A stretch of DNA of 63,765 nucleotides, filler included, from Choristocarpus tenellus KU-1152 (GCA_964200185.2; 11 parts of 11 records of this genome joined end to end with filler, not necessarily neighbours in it); one strand, 5' to 3'; positions 22,600 to 36,070 are shown, counted from the whole stretch's first letter. Translations and numbers: made by a program. The notes: a model not told the origin generated them from the letters alone.

Positions 22600-24495
22600 T
22601 ATTATTATTATTTGCTTATTCCTTGTTTGCCATTCCTCTATTCTCTATTCCCCTTTTGATGACCAACCATTGCTACTGCCCTTCGTCAATGATTGCCAGC
22701 CATCCCCCACATTTGATGACCAACTAGTGCGAATGCCCTTCGTCACTGATTGCCAGCCATTCATATTTGATGACCAACCAGTGCGAATACGCTTCGTCAC
22801 TGATTGCCAGCAAACCCCCATATTTGATGACCAGCCAGTACGAATGCCCTTCGCCCCTGATTGCCAGTCATCCCCCACCTTTCAGCCCCATATCACTCCC
22901 CTCAACCCCACAGCAGTTCCCACACCACTCAACACCACTCCACAATCATCCAAGAACACCCCTTCATGATCCACTTCAAACCGTGCCTTTAAGATATCAA
23001 CCCTGCGGTAACTCGACCTACCCTCCCCTTCGGGGTTGATTTCTTTCTAGCTCATTCCCTTACCTCCTGCCCTGGTTGGACCCAATCCTTCCTACTCTCT
23101 ACCAAGCCCTTTGACACCAACACTGGATCCCTCTGGTTATCCCTTACATATCCCATAAAGGCCCTCGACTTCCATCTTCCCTCTCTCTGTGTTACCAATT
23201 CTGATACCCCCATGTTCGCCAATCTCGTGGCTCCCTCTATCCTACCTGAACGCAAGGCATACTCTTCTGGTCTCAACCTAAGTTCCTTTACCATTCTCCT
23301 TAAGACACATGTCGCTTAGCCCCTCGGGATCACACTCCATCCCCCTTCTTGCCTACATGTCATCATTGGAGCATCCGGGGGGAGTTATGGGAAACATTCC
23401 ATAATGGCCATCACCACCTCCCAACCTCCCATACATTCTTCCCCCCCTTTTTTCTCTACCTTGTACCATGTCAGCACTGCTCCCTTCCTACCCTGGTCCC
23501 CTTTTGACCCTATAAATGTTACCTCTACTTTCTCTGCCTGGTGTCTATCCTCCCACCTTAATCTTTCTACTCCCCTCCTCCATACTATGTCCCTCCTTCT
23601 TACTGCAAAATCTCATGCACTCCTCTCCCTTGATCATAGGCCCACAATTCTGAAGCTCTGGCTAGAAAGAAGAACGAGAAACTCAAACCTAGCCTTGTCG
23701 GTTTACCTTCCCTACCTAGCATTTCAGTGCATTTCTTTGTCTCTACAATCATTCTCCATGTTAGGGGTCTCCTCTTACTGGGCTCGCTCCCTACTTTTGT
23801 ATGGCTCCTCCCTATTCCTTTGAGCACCGATTGGATCATGAAATGTTTTGTGGGGAGTTGGAAGCTGATGAAATGTTTATAGTAGTATTGGTTTGCTGCT
23901 ATCTCACCCTTAACTGTGCTTACTTGGTTCCCTCTACTTCCGCAACAGAAACACATAAACTCTGCTAGGGCCTTCACTAGATCTATCTCTCCGCTCCTAG
24001 GGTCTGACCACCTACTCCATCCTCTATATGTACGGAACTCAGACCATTGGTCCCAAGCTGCCTCATAACACTTCTGAGTAGATGGCACAACCGATCCTCC
24101 GGCGTACAATGCTGCAAGGCACTCAAACACACCATCTTCCCTTCCCGACCCAGGGGCTGTTCCTGCCAGTCAATACGTGGGCAAACAAGTCGAAGGTTAG
24201 TTTGAATTTCATCCCTCTTCCACCTCGATATACCATCTGCTAGGTCATTCTGTCTCCCTGCAACGTGATCCGCTGCGAATGACCATTTCCCTGCTTCTCC
24301 AATATCCCCATTACTCTCATCAATCCCCCCGCCCTCCTGTTCTTCGGGCCCCCACACTTACGAAACCAATGCACTGCAGAGTAGTTGTCCCCTCTAAGTA
24401 ACACTGGATCTCCCTTCTTGTCTGCCTTCCCTTTCACCTTAATGACCAGTATCCATGCATTCATTATCATTCCTACTAACTCTAAGACATTGATT
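22600..24495 (-). mobile_element. Tyrosine-recombinase retrotransposon (DIRS/Ngaro-type), 3' half
   Basis: RNase H (INVLEL, LRGDNYSAVHW, HVAGRQNDLADGISRW) overlapping a YR ORF (FFFLARASEL, SKGDQ, YALRSGRIEGAT, GRWKSRAFMGYVR). Followed by ~50-bp repeats and a (TAA)n end. Confidence 0.9.
23052..24130 (-). pseudogene. Tyrosine recombinase, frameshifted
   Basis: ORFs 23600-24130 and 23052-23294 carry the R, (H)xxR, W and Y motifs. Confidence 0.88.
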
Positions 24496-24671
24496 GAGTG
24501 AAATTATCTTAGAGGGTACGGGTTTTGCCCTGTTTGTCCATTTGGGGCTTGGCTTCCCATGTTTTTTTTAGTGACATTTTCCTACTCCAAAATATTTCGG
24601 AGTAGGTAAAATGTATACGTTATGAAAAGGCGTGTCTGGAACAAGGATATTGACACTCCCTAACAAACACT
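24496..24671 (+). mobile_element. MITE family A inserted in the YR element RNase H, cut by contig end
   Basis: GAGTGAAATTATCTTAGAGGGTAC directly abuts the INVLEL codons. Confidence 0.85.
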
Positions 24672-24771
24672 NNNNNNNNNNNNNNNNNNNNNNNNNNNNN
24701 NNNNNNNNNNNNNNNTTAATTAATTAANNNNNNNNNNNNNNNNNNNNNNNNNNNNNNNNNNNNNNNNNNNN
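24672..24771. other. Artificial contig linker
   Basis: 44 N + TTAATTAATTAA + 44 N. Confidence 0.97.
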
Positions 24772-24776
24772 CCCAC

Positions 24777-25055
24777 CTGGGGCTAGTTGCACCACCCCTA
24801 CCTCCACCTCCACCACCACCACCTCCATGCACAGATGAATCGCCACCATGGGATGGACGGCCACTTACACTGGCATTTGAACCTTGGAGGAACTGTCGGC
24901 TGAGCCCATAGTGGCTCCTGCCCCTTGGGTACCCGAATATACTTGACCCTCCACCGTAAATGCTCTGTTCATAATGACTACTGTATAAGCTTGGTGAGCG
25001 CGGGAGGACACGAGTGCCACTTACATGGCCTGGGGAGTCTCCGAGGTTGTCATAC
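24777..25055 (-). CDS. Exon of unknown host gene (Ser/Gly-rich)
   Basis: cag|G YDNLGDSPGHVSG...GGGGRGGATSP|GT; open frame, phase-compatible with 25254-25405. Confidence 0.55.
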
Positions 25056-25253
25056 CTGGGTGAGGTTTGTTGTCGGTGGAAGCAGAATCAATCATATTGG
25101 GCAAATGATGAAGTGGATATGAAAGGCTGCCTCAATCAGCAATTGCCAGTCAGCCGTAGGGACATGAACGCTATGTTAGTAAGTGCTTGTCAAGTCATAC
25201 AACCAATCCTCCCCCCCCTTCCCTCATCAAACCAAGATTGAAAATATACGTAC

Positions 25254-25405
25254 CCAGGATCTTCCCTGGAATGGGTAGATCCATAGGTTTCGTTGTACAG
25301 GAAATCTTCATCAGTGTTGACGACAAGCGCTCCCAAGCCTTGCCTACCCCTGCCTGAGTGAAATGACTCATTTGAAGAGTTTCCTCGAATCGCCATTGGC
25401 TGCAC
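25254..25405 (-). CDS. Exon of unknown host gene
   Basis: cag|VQPMAIRGNSS...SREDPG|GTACGT. Confidence 0.55.
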
Positions 25406-26447
25406 CTGATGTGACTATCAGAAGTACAACAGAGAAGTGGAGGAAAATAAAATATTCAGCAAGTGAAGCTTGGCATGCATAAAAGGGATTGTTGGGTGGG
25501 GGAGGGTGGAGAGGACGGTTGAAACCTTTCCTCCTTTGGGGATACACACCTTACATTGCATCTGTTTTTGGCAAGTTACACCTCCATCCACTTCAAGCTC
25601 AAAACCTAGCACTCGGAAGTATCGAGTGAACGCGTTAGCCAATACTTAGAACACTGTGCCAGAAAAACATTTAAATCAAGTTGCAGTACCATCAATCCCT
25701 TCAATTAAACAATACACACATTCCGACTATGTCATGACCATTTATAAATTTTTGACAAAAGTTCTAACTCCACACTTGGTGGGAATGTGTAACTGAATCA
25801 ATTGAACAATATAGATCAACACTCACGGGCCACAGTCCACACAAAGTTTAGACTGTTCTGCAGGCCTCATCTCAGAGGTCAATCAGAAATTAGAAAAAAG
25901 AGATGCAAACGGCTCAAACGTCACTCATGAGATTGACGTCCTCACATGTTTTGGCAACGCCCTAGGCTGAAGCATGGGGTACACGTTGATCTTGTCAATT
26001 TGTCGTCCTGTTCTCAGGTCATCCGTATCACAAGAGGACAGTGTGAAGGTTCCAAGTGAAATGGCAAGATGTCATGGTGAAGGTCAGGCGAGCATGACCT
26101 CGAACATAGGTCAAACGCTGATTATGTTCAAATGGACCAAGTGGGGGCAGTGAGTCACTGCCTTGTCAATACTGGTAAGATTCCGTAACATTGACTTACA
26201 CACCTCTCCATATGGTGAGACATTGGGGATGAAAAGCGCATCACAGGAGCTGAAAACATAACCCTTTACGAGTGTAACAGATATGGGCTTGAGGCGGGTG
26301 TTGACATAGCTCAAGGTTGCAAAGTCAAGACTGTGGCATCACATTCTCTACCCTCCGCATGATTAACGGGGATTAAGGTCAAGGCGCCCTCCGTCTTTGT
26401 CATGGATCACACGTGACAGTGCACACAGACACGAAATAAATTCTCAC

Positions 26448-26707
26448 CTACTAAGTAGGAGAACCCGAACATCACCACAGACAAGACCACAGGAAGCTGA
26501 AACAACGGGACAGGCCAAGTTTGAATGTCAGTCAGCCAGGAAGTGTAAGGAGGGTGACAAGATAAGACGACATCTCGACCAATGAGAGACATCTCCATTC
26601 GATCATATGCCACTCACCACAGTTGTATACGAGTCGCTGTACCCATCGCCATAGGGGTAGGATGGATACCGTTGAAAGGTGCAATCGCCCTGACACAGAG
26701 ACGTCAT
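26448..26707 (-). CDS. Putative first two exons (26618-26707 and 26448-26496) of the same unknown gene
   Basis: MTSLCQGDCTFQRYPSYPYGDGYSDSYTTV|GTGAGT, then cag|LPVVLSVVMFGFSYLV|GTGAGA (hydrophobic segment). Confidence 0.4.
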
Positions 26708-29700
26708 GCTGTTTCTCGGAGACGTTTGCCCTCCCTTACACACCCGTCTCTCTGGGCTCAACCTAGCAATTCCACACTGGATCCTCCAAACCTTCCTGTT
26801 TAAGCCGCTAAAAATTTAAGCGATTGGGAAACACGTGACGGATGTTTGGCCGCCCACAGGAAATCACTGTCCTAGAGACAGGAGACCTCACTCTTCGCAC
26901 AACCAGGTGAGTGGTACGTTGGAACTATCACTCACCAGTCTACACGAATACAACTCTATGCTACCCTTGTCCCCACTTCACGCAGTAACGAGAAACCCGT
27001 ATAATTGTTGTATGACTTGGAATCCTTCCTCATTTCTTCTTTCCTCCCATGTGATCTATTACACAGAAATGTTTGGGACGACTTTTATGATGTAGGGTGA
27101 GGGTGATAATGCCTGGTGAGGGTTTTTGGTATTTCATGGAAAGTTTTTACCAATACTGTTTAAAATTTCAAGTAGGAAGTAGTATTATCCAACATCCCCA
27201 AACATCTTTTTTCAAAAAGTGAAATTATGCAAGTAGTATATTATGGAAAACCTGGACAGTTTATAAAAATGAGTAGTCATTTTCATTGTTTTAGAAGTAG
27301 TACTATCCAGAATCCCCCCAAATATTATCTTCTGTAGTACTACTCTTGTTCTACTCCATTCTCCCATTTTTGTGAGGGAATGAAAAATCTTGACAAAAGA
27401 ATTTGTATGGTGAAGGTGAGGCTGGTTACATCAAGAATTTGTATTGTATGAATGACAAAATCAAGATATATTACCTAGATTCTACAGTAATAATTCAAAA
27501 TTATATAAATGTATATATCCATCCTTGTTATCCATACAAGGGTCGTTCTAACCATATGCATATTATTTTTTATTATGCATATGATCATTGTATGTGTTTG
27601 ATATGGGGGGGTATTATTTTGGAAAATTCCACATCTCAGCAGACCCTATCTTTGAAGTCCACATGAAAGATGTTGTGCTTTTTTAGTGCGACGTTACCAC
27701 AGCACCAACCTTAAACAGAAAATTGATATTTACATCCAAAAGTTTTGCTCATACTCTGCCTCTCAAACTTATTTACTTCCAATAGCTTTTTTTACTTGGT
27801 GTCACTCAAACTTACACTATATTCTCCTTAACAAATTTCTACAATCCTACATTAAAGTAACGCATTTGTATTATACCTCAAGGCCCTTTCCCTCAAGCAT
27901 ATACTTCGAAAATTCCAATTTGTATTGAGGAGGGGTGTGGTTTCCTTGGACTTAAACGCAACGGAAAAATATAATACAATATTTTGAGAAGGAATTGCTT
28001 TGAAGAGACCATTCTAGTATAAACAGTTTTTGTCTTAGGATGTACAAACTGTTGTATATATCCAGGAGTCTTACCAGTAATCTTTGTTACTTGTTCTAAA
28101 TTTTGTAGATAGATGCACATTTGTCATCGTTTCTGTATGTAGTATTGGCCTTGGTTTCCGTTCTCCCTGAAATAGATACAAACTTCGGAGGGTGCAAATA
28201 TATCACAAATCTCAGTTGACATAAAATTGAAAAGTATGTATGTCTTAATTGCATAATATATTTTCTTTGACATTTTTCATGTGTTGGGGGGGAAGGAAAC
28301 AAAAATATGTACTATTTGAAATGAAACACAGTAATGTACCCTTATAGATTGTTTACGACCAAGTAATACGTACGCTACTACTAGAGGTATATTTCTAATC
28401 TACCTTGTCTATGCAGAATGCGAAGGTGAATGGAGGGAGGTAGGGAAACATTACAAGTATACTCAAGTTTGAGAGGAGGATGCATCTAGCTGTCCGACCA
28501 ACATATATATGTAAGTATATAATATTATGTTTTGCTCACTTGAGGCAAACCAATTGAGAGGTAGGCAGGGGTGTATTTCAAGGATCACGAGAAAGAGCAA
28601 AAATACTCCATTTCGTACAATTCCGGACAGAAGCTTTGCTAAATTTTGGTGTCATTTTGTGCGTGGCAAAGGGGACGATCAATTTTGCATTCACCATTGT
28701 GCACATTAAGAAATGAATTATAGCGTATTCCACAGGGTTAAGAAGGATGACTTAGAATGCAAAAAGGTCCAAACCTGCGTACCTCTGAGTTGGTTTGGTT
28801 CATGTTGTGGAGATTCAGTTAGGAACTAAACAATAATCCTGACAGACCCTAACCCTAATTTAACTTCAACCCCTCTAATAGTGTCAAGTTTCTATTTGCC
28901 GTTGTTACTGTAGAAATGAATCAGATAATAGAAAAACGTTCTATACACATGCCATATTTCGGTTGGTCCGCCAGAAATGTGTAAAATTTCAATTTGGAAA
29001 TGTTTGGCGTAATTTTCAGTGCAAGAAATAAATAGATAAGTACTCCCTGTTTTAACAATATTATACTTTTATAGAGGTTCTTGTGATGTTGAGGTACCAT
29101 TTTTTGGAGACATTACAAATATTAGAAAAAATATTAGAGGGGATAATAATATATTTTTAATATACTCTTATACAGTAACGTACTAACACTTGATAGAATG
29201 TCATAATCTAATAATAATAATATAGAATTCCCATCTTCTCTCCTTCTTCTCTAAGGAAAAATAGTACGTGAGAAATGTCACCATGGGTGAGTGGAGTGTT
29301 CATTCTCTTCCAAACAATTCTATCAAATATCACGATCTGATCCTGGCTCTTTATAGTGAATCATTATGTTAAGGATAACACTTAAGAAAGAAAAAGTGTC
29401 GTAGGAACATATTATGTATACACCATTATTGTACATTTATATTTGGAGAGAAGAAATGAGAAGTGTATGTATCTCCTGAAGATCACTAGGATCTTTTGCC
29501 CATTCGCTCCTTACAAGTCGAGATATTTTTATACCTTTTTATAGGATCTGGATTTCTGGAACTGTTTCTCTTTTTACGATGAGTTATCCTACATGACATC
29601 TGGAGGTTGAATGACTTGAGTTGAGTATGGGAAGAAAGGTGAACTAAGGTAGTACAGTGAAAGTGTCGAGTTGTATTGTAAAATATAGTACATATTACCG

Positions 29701-30107
29701 TTTACTTCATTATTCTGTAGTTGTACTACTCTCTCTCTGCATTCATGCGCAGTACTTTCACACCTCTGGTTGTGCAAGCGAAGGTATTCGTCTATGTTAG
29801 GCCAACACCTACCTACAATCGACAAGTAGATACTTCACAATTGGCGAGGGTTCAAGTTTGTTGTTTTTGGACCATGATAGTGAAATAAGAGTTTCACTAG
29901 CTTGAGGTAATGGTCACCTCGTCTGTTGGTGTTTCTTCTGCACTTAGACGCTTCTGCTGTGAGCGACTGCTTATGTTATAGCTGAGATACTGAAGCTTTG
30001 GTTATTTTTCGACTCTCAACCCCAGGGCCTCAAAACCTATTTACCTGCCAAAATTGAGGGGTCGTGGAAAGCTTAGGGTCATACAAACACCACGGTCTGG
30101 GTCAGAA

Positions 30108-30665
30108 ATGTTGTCCGCACCTAACCCTGCTTGCTCCCCCAGTGAGCTTGGCGAATGGCAGGATCCTGGTGGTTTGACTTCAAGTGAACGAGGCGCAGAG
30201 ATCAAGCATGGGGAAGGTGGGGGCATGGCGGCGGATCCAGGCCACGAGGGTAGCGAAAGACGGAGAGGGGTCGATCCCACTGGCATGGTTGTTAATCCTG
30301 TCCCTCGTAATGCCTCTCGCCAACATATCATGGCGTTCGAAATTGAACGAGTAGAGCTAGCCAGCAAGTCACGTCCCGAGCCCAGCATTCGACATTCATG
30401 GCGCTCTTGGTTTGGAAGGCGGCCTCATTATATCGTTCAGAAGGGAAATGGAGACAGAATCCTCCTTCCACCTGGCGAAAACCACCCAAATGCCAATCCG
30501 TACGGGTTGTGGAGTACACCATGGGCTCACATGGGTGATTTCGGTGTAGATGTGGGCATGTACTTCGCCACTCTCGCCCTCGTGACTGTGGTACTGCTGG
30601 TGTACGCTGGTCTCAGCACTGTAGCATTAGTCTACTATGCGAGTGAAGACTATTCGGGACGGCAG
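30108..30665 (+). CDS. OSCA/TMEM63 (CSC1)-like membrane channel, exon 1 (start uncertain)
   Basis: PYGLWSTPWAHMGDFGVDVGMYFATL followed by a TM helix and YSGRQ|GTAAGG. Confidence 0.65.
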
Positions 30666-31251
30666 GTAAGGAGAAAAGCAGCTTTTTGAGGGCATGGTTT
30701 CCTTCCCATAAGTTAAAGGAAGATTGCAATGGTCTCAATGGACTTGTCGGCTTCTCATTGGACCAGTCACCTTGCGATTGCGGTGGTCGGGTCGAAACTA
30801 CAAAACTACGATAGTTTTATGGACGTGTAGTTGGTGGCGAGTTTCTTGGAGCCTCGACCCCCCAGCCTCGAAAAACATTTCCTCGTAACAACCTAGTAAC
30901 ACATAAAGTAGCTTTGCACCATTGTGGAATTAGTTTGAACACTAGAAACATTTTACCATTTTCAAAGAATCGATACAGCTCCTTGTTTTGCTTTTGAAAT
31001 TCATGGTGGGAGATTGCCATGTTGAATATGGATTGCCATCAGTTGTGCACGAAGTGCTTCTTTGCATCCCTCCATTGTTGACATTTGGCCTCCTCACTTT
31101 GTATTAAGCACCTATAGATTATATGCAATACTCAATAATCTGCGTGTCAAATATTAAAAGTGAAACTCCACTCTCTCTTGTATCCAACTGGTCATGATCC
31201 TCCGTGGCCGCGACAATGCCACGTTGATCGTATGCCATGCTTGGGGCACAG

Positions 31252-31491
31252 GATGGTGTACGCTTGGACCTGCGGGGATCCGCTGTGTGCATTAGTGATA
31301 TTTCTGTACTCCTTGATGAAGGGGGGAATGCCGCAGCCAATTCCACCCTTGGTGTTGGTACAGCTCGCAATGACTGCCCACTGGCAGCAGGACAGGGATT
31401 TGCAGACATGGCAGGCGTGGTTGCTTTCTTTGTGGTTTTGCTGGTATTTGGTAAGGCCCAGGATAAGGCAGCAGAGATGAGTGAAGCTGAG
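31252..31491 (+). CDS. OSCA/TMEM63-like channel, exon 2
   Basis: cag|DGVRLDLRGSAVC...DCPL..GQGFADMAGVVAFFVVLLVF...EAE|GTAAGT, 240 nt in frame. Confidence 0.65.
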
Positions 31492-32819
31492 GTAAGTACG
31501 AAACATACCCCCCTCCCTCCCCAATACAACTCCTCTGCTACAACCTGTTGCACAAAATTGCTCCAAGTTGGAAGGTGGAATTTGTTCCTGTAATCCAGAT
31601 CTTTCTCGTGCTGCATGTTCCTCAGCAGGGATGGACATGTCCGGCAGTCATTCTAGAATAAGACACAAATATGTACTCACGTTGTTTTAGCCTGGTTCTC
31701 AATAATGCTTCCACTTTTGTGTTTGTCGGAATGGTATCCATTAGCCCACAAACAAACAGCATGTGACAAGGATACCAAAAAAAGTTTTGACATACTTTTT
31801 TTTTCGATGTGCATGGGAAGTAGATGCTGTGCCCTCTACCCTACACCCTGGGAAGAATACACTGCAGGTTGCACCATTTTTTTTTCTACTCCTAATTCTA
31901 GGGGTGTGTGAGAGCGTAGTAGGTATGCAGTGAGTGTGACGTAATGTAAAAATTGGATTTTTTGAAGTTGGCTTGAACCGTAGTGCTTACTCTGCCTAGG
32001 ATGTATGTAAGGGTTGTTCCAAACAAAACAGGTTCTATCCAGAGTTGAAAAATCAGGTCTCTATTGTGCCCCTCGAAGATACATATTAGTCCTAATGATT
32101 GAGGTGAAAAAAAATTGCTGGGAGAGTGTCGAAAGAGTTCACTGCAGTACAGTTCAACGCCCTTTCTTTTTTCAGCTCTGAACTGCTAACCAATGACAGG
32201 CTCTGCGATTTTGCTTTTTTTTTATCTGGGAGCTCAATTTTCAGTGGCTATTATCCCTAACCTTTTTTGATGATTAGGATGCACGAGAACCGCTCTCGGG
32301 GGGATCTGGAGTCAACGCACTGATCTCTCTTGTCCATATATTGACGCAGAAGAATTTAGCGCTTGTTTCTACATTTTCAACATTTCCCGCAGAAGTTGTG
32401 TACCTGAATCTAGTCCTTGCTTTAACGGCCCAACTGAAAGATCTTCTGGAGTGTGATGTTAGTGGATTGTTCTCATCACGCCACCCCTCTCCTTTCCCTG
32501 CTGTAGTTGTAGTAACACACTTCACTATTGAATGTGCTTTGCAATTTTCTGGTTTTTCGGATGCTCAGGCCGCTCTCGTGATCGCTACTGCCTGCTGAGA
32601 TCTGCTGTTGCGAATTTATTTTTGCATGTATCTTGTGGACTTTGTATGGATAGGATGGATCAGATGATTCCCTGTTTGTTTTTCCCCATGGAACCTTGGT
32701 GATGCTGGTGTCATTGAAAACTGTCTGTTTTCTCACCGACGCTTAGAGAAAGTGGTAAATATGAGTCTTGATTGTGAGCCCATTGGTGAACCTATGCAGA
32801 TCTAATTCGTGAGCACCCT

Positions 32820-32919
32820 NNNNNNNNNNNNNNNNNNNNNNNNNNNNNNNNNNNNNNNNNNNNTTAATTAATTAANNNNNNNNNNNNNNNNNNNNNNNNN
32901 NNNNNNNNNNNNNNNNNNN
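32820..32919. other. Artificial contig linker
   Basis: 44 N + TTAATTAATTAA + 44 N. Confidence 0.97.
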
Positions 32920-33160
32920 GTTTGGCGTTATCTGCTCTTATTTCTAAATTAGTGATCCATTTGGCATAATACTGGCTTTTGTTAGTACCGTCTTATTATT
33001 ACCCCCAATAAAAATGCACTGTAGGAAATCTGTTCCCATAAATATTATTATGCCCTCTGACATTTTGTAGGAGTCTCAGGGAAAAGGCCAAACCAATATA
33101 TCACAAAGACCTCTAAAAGTAACAATTGCCGCAATGTGAAATATATCCCTCTAAGACCAA

Positions 33161-35038
33161 CTACCTCCATACAATAAGTCTGTTCTGCGTTGTCCATAAC
33201 TTTTGTAGATGATGAAATTCATTTCTGAAAGAAGATTTGGAGTCCTTGACATACTTCTGGCTAGGGTCTACTTTCTAATTATTATTACTCCCCACCCATC
33301 ACAATTTTATCGACAACAAAAAAAAGCCTCCATGTCTACCTTCGGCGTGTTTTCAAGCTCACCAGACACCACTGCCTCTTCCTTACCCCTGTGTGCTCCA
33401 CACTGAAGTCGTTCCCCCTTTAGTATCGACGTAATTGGGGATCAAAGTATCTGGGGGGGGGGTGGCTGTCCATTTGAGGTTATTTTTTTCATGTTGCGAT
33501 TTTTGGGTGATTTGGTTGCATACGTTGGATGGATAATATAAATGCACTTTTCCTGATTTTAACCAGATGGACACTCTCGTTAAGACCCCCCTCCCCCCTC
33601 AGATACTTTGGGTCTTGATTGTACACCACAAAACGGAGCTGCCAAGCCCTCTCAAGTGTGGTTTCATCATACTCCTCATACTGTTTCTAAATGACCTTCA
33701 CAATCTCCTCAATGGACCCAAACCACTCTCCCATCACCTGGCATTTCAAAGACCTGAACAAGCATAGTTCCATGATATTGAGGTCGGGGGAGTTAGATGA
33801 TTGCGTCACAAGCCTAATCAACCACCCCTCAGACTTCCCTGCCCTGACAAAATTTCTGAGTTGCCCTTGCCCGTGTGGAAGGTGGCACCGTTTTGCATGG
33901 CAACGTGCTTCCCCTGCAACCAAGGTGCTTCCCCTGCAACCAAGGCATCTTGGTCTTAATTGCAGGCAGGAACTCCTCCGTGTACCACTTCCTGTACCAC
34001 AAATGGTCTAATGTACAGTCCTGATCATATGCATCCCCCTTTTTTTGATTCTTGCTTGTGTCTACCGTTTTTGGCGCACGCACACGCCAAACATCAAGTC
34101 CCGTCAAAGCTGTGAGCCGAATCTGGGTGGGCATTGGCAGCAATGATCATGGTTTAGGGATATGACTCTTGCGCTGCACAGTAGAGGACCCTGGAATTTT
34201 GCTATCATCCTCATGCGGAAATACCCTGACCCTTTCCCCATCAGCCATCACGTAAAACCAGGTTTCAGCCGTGTTCACCATGGAAGCGTACACACCACAT
34301 TTCCTTTTCCACTTGATCGCAAACAAAGTTCATTCTTCATACCTTTTGCGACGGTTTAAGCTTGGGTTTGATCCAGCGATGATTCGATATGGTCCCCATA
34401 TCATCCAACCCCTATTTATGATGCTCATGCTATAATTCAGCCCCTTGGCAGCCATCTTCATTGTCACCTGACGCACTGCGGATGACTGATTATCGGAGTT
34501 GATACTATGTATTGCAGCCATCTTGGTCGGCGTGAGCTCCGAAAGCCCCCCACTACATGCCGCCACCCCTAGGTCAAGCGTGTGGCCACGACCGAGTTGA
34601 TCAATGATGTCCTCCCAGAGCCCTCGCATGTAATGCTCCTACACTCCAAACTCTGCTGCGAGTGTTAGCCCAACGTGTTGCGGCAGTTTATGCTCACCAG
34701 GGAACATCGCAAGGGCATGCTGTACTGCAAGTACAACCCTGGTATTTAGGGACACTTGGGCACCCTTCCTACGCGGGGGGCTCAACAAGGGGGTTGCCAT
34801 GCCGACGTTCTGACCCTCGACGTGCCCAGTTCTGGCCTCAAAATCACCCCCAAAAAGACCCCTACTTTGACGACTTAAAGCGCCTCGAGTTTGTACCTGT
34901 TGATCCTCGACCCCCACCTTTTCTGAAAGCTGAGATTGCCAACCCAATTTCATTCTATGGGGTTATCGTCCGATTCGGTGCCTTTCTCGCTCGGCGAATC
35001 CAGATGTTTCGCGGCACAAACTTATGTCACAGAGGTAG
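33161..35038 (-). mobile_element. Full-length decayed mariner-like transposon, same family as 15445-16762
   Basis: TIRs CTACCTCCATACAATAAGTCTGT and ACAAACTTATGTCACAGAGGTAG; transposase pieces ETWFY, FLPAIKTKMPW, QSSNSPDLNIMEL. Confidence 0.9.
33438..33614 (+). mobile_element. MITE family B, complete, nested in the mariner transposase
   Basis: GGGATCAAAGTATCT...AGATACTTTGGGTC with TSD TTG/TTG; the empty site is visible at ~16488. Confidence 0.9.
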
Positions 35039-35049
35039 CATTTACTATT

Positions 35050-36070
35050 CGAATACCAGTTATACTACAAACAGTCCATTAAAGCTTGGAAATTCCAATG
35101 CGATGTGTACATTACTGCTATGCCTCCAACCTAGCTTAGTCCTACACAACTAGGTGAGGTGCTAGGGAAGCACCCTAATAATCTGAAAGGCCGCTCCTTG
35201 CTCGTCTGCCTGGTGTCTCCAGCTTGAAACGCAATGACACGTGTCGAAAGAGCCACTTGTGTAGTGAGAGACACATCTGTCGTAACCGGATTTGACAGCT
35301 CCTTTCCTGCTCTAACCTCCCGCCCCTCTCCCCCCTCCTGCAAGTGTAGCGAATTTATCCAGAAAATTTCTGCTTGCTTACCAAGCCGCCACAAACTTTC
35401 CACTGCGAAGGTGTTGGGGTTAATAAATACTATGTGGTGGGTGCACTTTCATGCTTCAGCTACAGCAGGAGATATATCATTTGCTGGTGGATGAGTGGCG
35501 CAGATGGGATACTGCTTGCACTCTTGCAAACGCAACATCCAGGAGGAGGTCTATGTCCCAGTAGGGAGCTGATCCAGCGTCCACAAGTGCCCCAGCATGG
35601 AATACCACATCCTTGCGGAAGTTCCTGTCCACGTAGTGCGAAATCTGCCTATTCCCTTGCAAAGTTGACCTAGATGCTTAACCATCGGCATGTGCTGACA
35701 TACCTTGTTAAGAAGCTTGGCGCATGTAAGGCTCGTCGCTGAAAGCTAGCAGTTTAATTACATGGTAAAGCATACACTGAATTATAAATTGACCGTCAAC
35801 CATCCACCATCACTGACGTGTGAATAAATGTTGACTTATTACATTCTTATGCACGTACGTACTTTGTATCATACCTAACTAAATACAAACGTACGTATAA
35901 CCTATGTTATATACTTGTGTCAGCGCAAATAACGTAATGATAACACTAGGTTATTCGACATACCTATCTCCCTGCCCAAGGGTAGGTATGAGGATGTCGG
36001 GTGTCAACATTATGCCTCCTGCACCTGGCCACTGGGCACCTGTTCGATAGGCCTGTATCGTGTCATTAAT
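35050..36070 (-). mobile_element. REL non-LTR fragment; 3' tail continues at ~33040-33160 beyond the mariner
   Basis: DRNFRKDVVFHAGAL...LLLDVAFA, AVESLWRLGKQAE, SLTTQVALSTRV. Confidence 0.7.

Noticed and set aside
25418-25642. BED zinc finger / hAT transposase (CKVC...HL)
   Set aside because: No downstream hAT motifs; adjacent sequence is better explained as spliced host exons.
26111-26314. F-box/LRR-like peptide (THCPHLVHLNI)
   Set aside because: Single weak motif with no repeat series.
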